Assembly: GCA_964467775.1 (NCBI GenBank)
Contig: CAYXUD010000042.1
Coordinates: 19,172 to 83,171 of the forward strand
Source of the DNA: an uncultured Bacteroides sp.
GTDB lineage: Bacteria > Bacteroidota > Bacteroidia > Bacteroidales > GCA-2748055
Length of the DNA: 64,000 bases
Direction: 5' to 3'
Position numbers and translations under genes: made by a program. Shown here one piece after another: positions 60,874-64,000 of this stretch. A model generated the notes under the pieces. That model saw nothing but the letters and a program-made list of their open reading frames with translations, made no database searches and was not told the origin of the DNA. The first letter of the stretch is position 1, and every line of letters starts with the position of its first letter.

Positions 60874-61434
60874 ATGGACAAAGCACTGGATGAGATGACC
60901 CCTGAGGAGCTGGGGATGCTGTTCCCCGTCATCCTTGCGGACCCGGATCCCGGCTGGGCAAGGCTGTTCCGGCAGGAAAAAGAGGAGATCGCGAGGTCAC
61001 TCGGAGCCGGTCACTTCCGCAGGATCGAGCACATCGGAAGCACGGCCGTTCCGGGAATCAAAGCGAAACCGAGCATTGACATCCTGATCGAGGTGCCTGA
61101 GGCCAACAGAGATAAGTGGCTCATCGGGAAATTGCAGCATATGGGTTATCACCATATCCACAGAGCCGACAACCCTCCCCCGCATATGATGTTCGTGAAG
61201 GGATACACCCGGTCCGGTTTCAGGGGACAGGCATACCATCTCCACGTCAGGTACCCGGGGGAGTGGGATGAGATCCGGTTCCGCGATTACCTGGTCTCCC
61301 ACCCCGGTGCGGCCAGGGAGTACGAGGCACTGAAAATCAGGTTGTCGGCCGCGTTCAGGAATGACCGGGAGGGCTATACTGAAGCCAAGACAGAATTTAT
61401 CATGGCTGTGATAGAAAAATCAAAAGAGAATTGA
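60874..61434 (+). CDS. GrpB-family (UPF0157) protein
   Basis: The track ORF starts at 60781, inside the GH116 gene. ATG 60874 gives MDKALDEMTPEELGMLFPV. Blocks: RIEHIGSTAVPGIKAKPSIDILIEV, HLHVRYPG, RFRDYL, YEALK. Confidence 0.75.
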   Translation: MDKALDEMTPEELGMLFPVILADPDPGWARLFRQEKEEIARSLGAGHFRRIEHIGSTAVPGIKAKPSIDILIEVPEANRDKWLIGKLQHMGYHHIHRADNPPPHMMFVKGYTRSGFRGQAYHLHVRYPGEWDEIRFRDYLVSHPGAAREYEALKIRLSAAFRNDREGYTEAKTEFIMAVIEKSKEN

Positions 61435-61467
61435 TGTTTGTATTGTAAAAGTCTCAGACTTATTGAA

Positions 61468-61690
61468 GCTCGACGAAGTCAATTTTCGATCCATAAATTA
61501 TTTTATTTGTGCTCGCTTACCCCGCAGCAAAGCTACGGGGAACCGAGCCTGCGAGCTCGGCAGCCAATGCGCGAGCGGGATTGACTCTCCTCGCAGCAAG
61601 CTGCGAGGAACCTTTAGCTAGACGAAGTCAATCATCGATTAATTTCTTATTTTAATTGTGCTCGCTAACCCCGAAGTAGAACTTCGGGGA
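61468..61690. repeat. Two ~74-bp direct repeat modules (61468-61541 and 61617-61690, period 149 bp), each ending in a GC-rich hairpin, with two further hairpins between them
   Basis: Copy 1 is gctcgacgaagtcaattttcgat...ttgtgctcgcttaccccgcagcaaagctacgggga. Copy 2 is gctagacgaagtcaatcatcgat...ttgtgctcgctaaccccgaagtagaacttcgggga, about 80 percent identical by eye. Hairpins: 61520-61540 (8/9 bp), 61543-61560 (6 bp), 61589-61608 (9 bp perfect), 61669-61689 (9 bp perfect). Confidence 0.8.
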
Positions 61691-61844
61691 ATGCGCTCGC
61701 GTAATTCAAATTTTGGAAGCGTATATTCCATTTTGAGGATCATTATGGAATCAATCATTCCGAGATTCATTCATCCGCCAGAAAGGAGTTTTTTCCTTTA
61801 AGGTCGTTGAGACCTGATTTGTTTATACAGGAAACACTGTTCCC

Positions 61845-63824
61845 TTAAGTCAGTATCCTGAAAGAGATCCCCTCCACTACCACACCCTCAACATCTACCG
61901 GATCTGGCCCGTAGTTGCAGATGATGGCCTGTCCGCTTGAGAATTCGGTCCTCTCAACAGACATGGCGTCATCCATGAACCGGTGGTCCGTCATTTCAGC
62001 CAGGGCCACCCTCTCATGCCAGCGGTCCACATGGAATGACTCACCGAACCGCCCGAAGTCGAAATCATCCCTGTGGAAGAAGTGGAGCATATAGCCCCAC
62101 TGCATGGCCTCCAGCCATTCAAGGGGCGTGGCAACGGGCGGAACCGCGGGGGGAGAGCCCGATCCGTAACTCATCAGCAGGGCCGCATCGTGAAATACCA
62201 GCGGCCAGAGCGGGATGGTCTCTCCCTGCACCCTGTGGTGCCGGGTCTCATACCAGTCAATGTGGGGAATGGCAAAATCGGCCACCTCCTCGCTCCCGAA
62301 CAGGGTCCCCTGCTCTTTGAAGAATTTTATCATGTCAGCCTTTGCCTTCAGGTCATCCCCCTTGGTGCGCTCCCTGCCTTTCTCGAATGACTGGTAAAGC
62401 TGCATGGCCGTGGTGGTATCCACCATCATTCCGGCGGGCGCAAGGGTTCCGATCTTCTCCCAGTTCCTTTTTGCATAGGCAAGGCTGGCGGTCCCGTGCA
62501 GGATGTACGCCTGCCCCCCTGCCCAGGCCCCCCCGGTCTGCAGCGACCCGTCCTTCCACCTGCACACCCCGTCCGGAAAGGATTCCGAAGTTTCATAGAT
62601 GTCCTGGTAGTTGTCGTGCAGCCCCAGCGCAAAGGAGGCTTCCATGCCCAGGATCTCCCTCAGCTCCTCAACCGCTCCCAGGGAGGGTTCAGGCGGCCAC
62701 ACATCGGGATGGGAAGCATCGTATCCGCGGTTGATCCATCCGGCCACCTTCAGGAAACCCTTTTCCAGCCCGTGGTGCTGCAACCGGTCAATGAACTGTT
62801 TCAGCTGCCGGTATGTCAACCGTACATTCACCCGGTCACTGCCCCTTCGAACGGCCTGCTCACCTTTCAGGAGAAAGTCCTCGATGAATTCCTGCCTGTA
62901 CCCCGGAAAGGCAAGCGAGATCCAGAATCCCCGCCCGCCTCTGAACTTGTCAAGGGCGGGATTCTCTTTCACCTTCTCTGCAAGGGGCCTGAAAAGGCCC
63001 CTCTCCATAAAATCCTCCCGGTAGGCTTTGGCCACCTCCACATAATCCCCCTTCATGAAACGGTATTTCATCCTGTATCCATGTCTCCATTTGGCCAGCG
63101 ACCTCATGTAACCGGGTGAAACCGATCCGTTGGCGATCAGGCAGCAGGCATCCTCAAAGCCATCCTCATAGATCCCGATCCAGGCATGTCCCTCTGTCTG
63201 TCCCCCGATGAACCTCATGTTCAGGTGGGTAAAGAAGGTGTTCAGGGTGCGGGTATAGATGGTCCTCGATGCCATGCCGCTGAGCAGCTGGCCAATACCC
63301 CTGGGAATGACCAGCCGGTCCGATTCAATGGGTGGTGGAAAGACCAGGCTCGGGATGGTATCATCGATCTGGTCAGTCTGCAGTGTAAGCCACTCTCCGC
63401 TGAGCCCGAAGGTGGCCCTGAAGGTTCCCCAGACCCGGTCCTGCCTGCCCAGCAGGGTGAACCGGATGGACTCCCCTTCCCTGCGGCCCGCGAACCTCCC
63501 CGGATACTGCTCGCACATGCTCCGGTCCTGCCTGAGCCAGACATGCCCCTGCTCGATCTCACCCAGCTCCTGCAGGGCGACGGGCCCGCTCTTCCAGGTG
63601 AAGCCGCCTGCCTTATCGTGGATCTCCAGGGAAGCATCACTGAACAGGTCGACATGCAGGTATTCATTGTCCAGTTCCTGCAGGAGGCTAACCTCCGGCC
63701 TGCCTCCTTTCAGGTAGGTGGCTTCAGCGGGCCGCTGTTCCTGCACACATCCGCCCAGTGCGGGGGCCAGTGCAGTGCTCCCTCCCGCAACGGCAGATCT
63801 CCTGATAAAATCCCTTCGCTTCAT
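61845..63824 (-). CDS. TAT-signal lipoprotein of unknown family; possible TIM-barrel glycoside-hydrolase-like protein
   Basis: 659-aa ORF with ATG at 63824. MKRRDFIRRSAVAGGSTALAPALGGCVQ combines a twin-arginine motif with a lipobox. Conserved-looking blocks: VAGWINRGYDASHPDVWPPEP, LGLHDNYQDIYE, MMVDTTTA, PLWPLVFHDAALL. Confidence 0.45.
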   Translation of the reverse strand: MKRRDFIRRSAVAGGSTALAPALGGCVQEQRPAEATYLKGGRPEVSLLQELDNEYLHVDLFSDASLEIHDKAGGFTWKSGPVALQELGEIEQGHVWLRQDRSMCEQYPGRFAGRREGESIRFTLLGRQDRVWGTFRATFGLSGEWLTLQTDQIDDTIPSLVFPPPIESDRLVIPRGIGQLLSGMASRTIYTRTLNTFFTHLNMRFIGGQTEGHAWIGIYEDGFEDACCLIANGSVSPGYMRSLAKWRHGYRMKYRFMKGDYVEVAKAYREDFMERGLFRPLAEKVKENPALDKFRGGRGFWISLAFPGYRQEFIEDFLLKGEQAVRRGSDRVNVRLTYRQLKQFIDRLQHHGLEKGFLKVAGWINRGYDASHPDVWPPEPSLGAVEELREILGMEASFALGLHDNYQDIYETSESFPDGVCRWKDGSLQTGGAWAGGQAYILHGTASLAYAKRNWEKIGTLAPAGMMVDTTTAMQLYQSFEKGRERTKGDDLKAKADMIKFFKEQGTLFGSEEVADFAIPHIDWYETRHHRVQGETIPLWPLVFHDAALLMSYGSGSPPAVPPVATPLEWLEAMQWGYMLHFFHRDDFDFGRFGESFHVDRWHERVALAEMTDHRFMDDAMSVERTEFSSGQAIICNYGPDPVDVEGVVVEGISFRILT

Positions 63825-63852
63825 AGGCTGTCTGGTTTAACTGTTGGTTCAT

Positions 63853-64000
63853 CTACCATCCGGGGGCATCATATCCTGCCGAGGCATCATCGATCACCAC
63901 CACCCAGTCAGGTCCGCCCATGCCCTCCCTGACCGGGCTCTGCCAGTTGGAAAACCTGATCTCCCCCGTATTGTCCACCGTGGCCTGTGGAAAAGCGCGG
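63853..64000 (-). CDS. 3' end of a gene whose 5' part lies beyond the window; product unknown
   Basis: Not in the track. The minus-strand frame from 63999 reads RAFPQATVDNTGEIRFSNWQSPVREGMGGPDWVVVIDDASAGYDAPGW then TAG (63855-63853). It is co-directional with, and 28 nt upstream of, the next gene's start. Confidence 0.45.
   Translation of the reverse strand, partial: RAFPQATVDNTGEIRFSNWQSPVREGMGGPDWVVVIDDASAGYDAPGW

Noticed and set aside
61468-61690. Possible CRISPR array or tRNA/known ncRNA in the hairpin-rich intergenic region
   Set aside because: There are only two copies of a 74-bp unit at a 149-bp period, no regular short repeat-spacer pattern, and no cas genes in the window. I could not fold a cloverleaf or recognise a known RNA family. 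It is kept as an unexplained repeat finding instead.
63186-63932. 248-aa plus-strand ORF spanning the 63824/63853 gene boundary
   Set aside because: It is antisense to two minus-strand coding regions and crosses their intergenic gap. Its translation is Pro/Gly-rich and featureless.

Overview
This is a gene-dense 64-kb window with about 41 CDS. By eye I found no rRNA, tRNA, CRISPR array, transposase or integrase. It reads as Bacteroidota chromosome: one SusC/SusD pair, three proteins ending in T9SS type-A C-terminal sorting domains, a FISUMP-domain protein, many lipoprotein and twin-arginine signals, and no Shine-Dalgarno-like sequence at the starts I spot-checked. GC looks high for the phylum (not computed), and this explains the many long antisense shadow ORFs in the supplied track. 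Several track ORFs begin at TTG/GTG or carry 5' extensions; I re-anchored those starts by reading the DNA.

Functionally the window is one very large polysaccharide-utilisation region. The gene set points to a sulfated, deoxyhexose-rich (rhamnose/fucose), esterified glycan:
- five Cys-type S1 sulfatases
- one canonical and one divergent GH78
- GH29, two GH116 and GH140
- two clan-A (GH5-like) paralogues and a GH43-like propeller candidate
- two alpha/beta-hydrolase esterases
- a sodium:solute symporter and a cupin isomerase-like protein

Most genes lie on the minus strand in tightly coupled runs (19190 to 1, and 55906 to 38951).

Items that known features do not explain:
1. Large non-catalytic repeat proteins with T9SS sorting domains bracket susCD, in the positions where lipoprotein glycan-binding proteins are normally found. 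One is a 3x CBM9-like array. The other is a 903-906-bp tandem duplication of an unassigned ~300-aa domain.
2. A plus-strand cassette (TPR lipoprotein, carbamoyltransferase, SxtJ-like membrane protein, membrane-anchored SGNH-like protein) is embedded among the catabolic genes.
3. A DoxX membrane domain is fused, through a relic TAT-signal-like linker, to an unassigned ~340-aa domain.
4. Two adjacent exported proteins (800 and 868 aa) have alpha/alpha-6-barrel-like motifs but no family I can name.
5. A TAT-exported metallophosphoesterase carries a jelly-roll-like C-terminal extension.
6. A 410-bp AT-rich intergenic region holds two ~74-bp repeat modules ending in GC-rich hairpins, with a compensatory base-pair change between the copies.

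All family calls come from motif recognition by eye. No database search was run.
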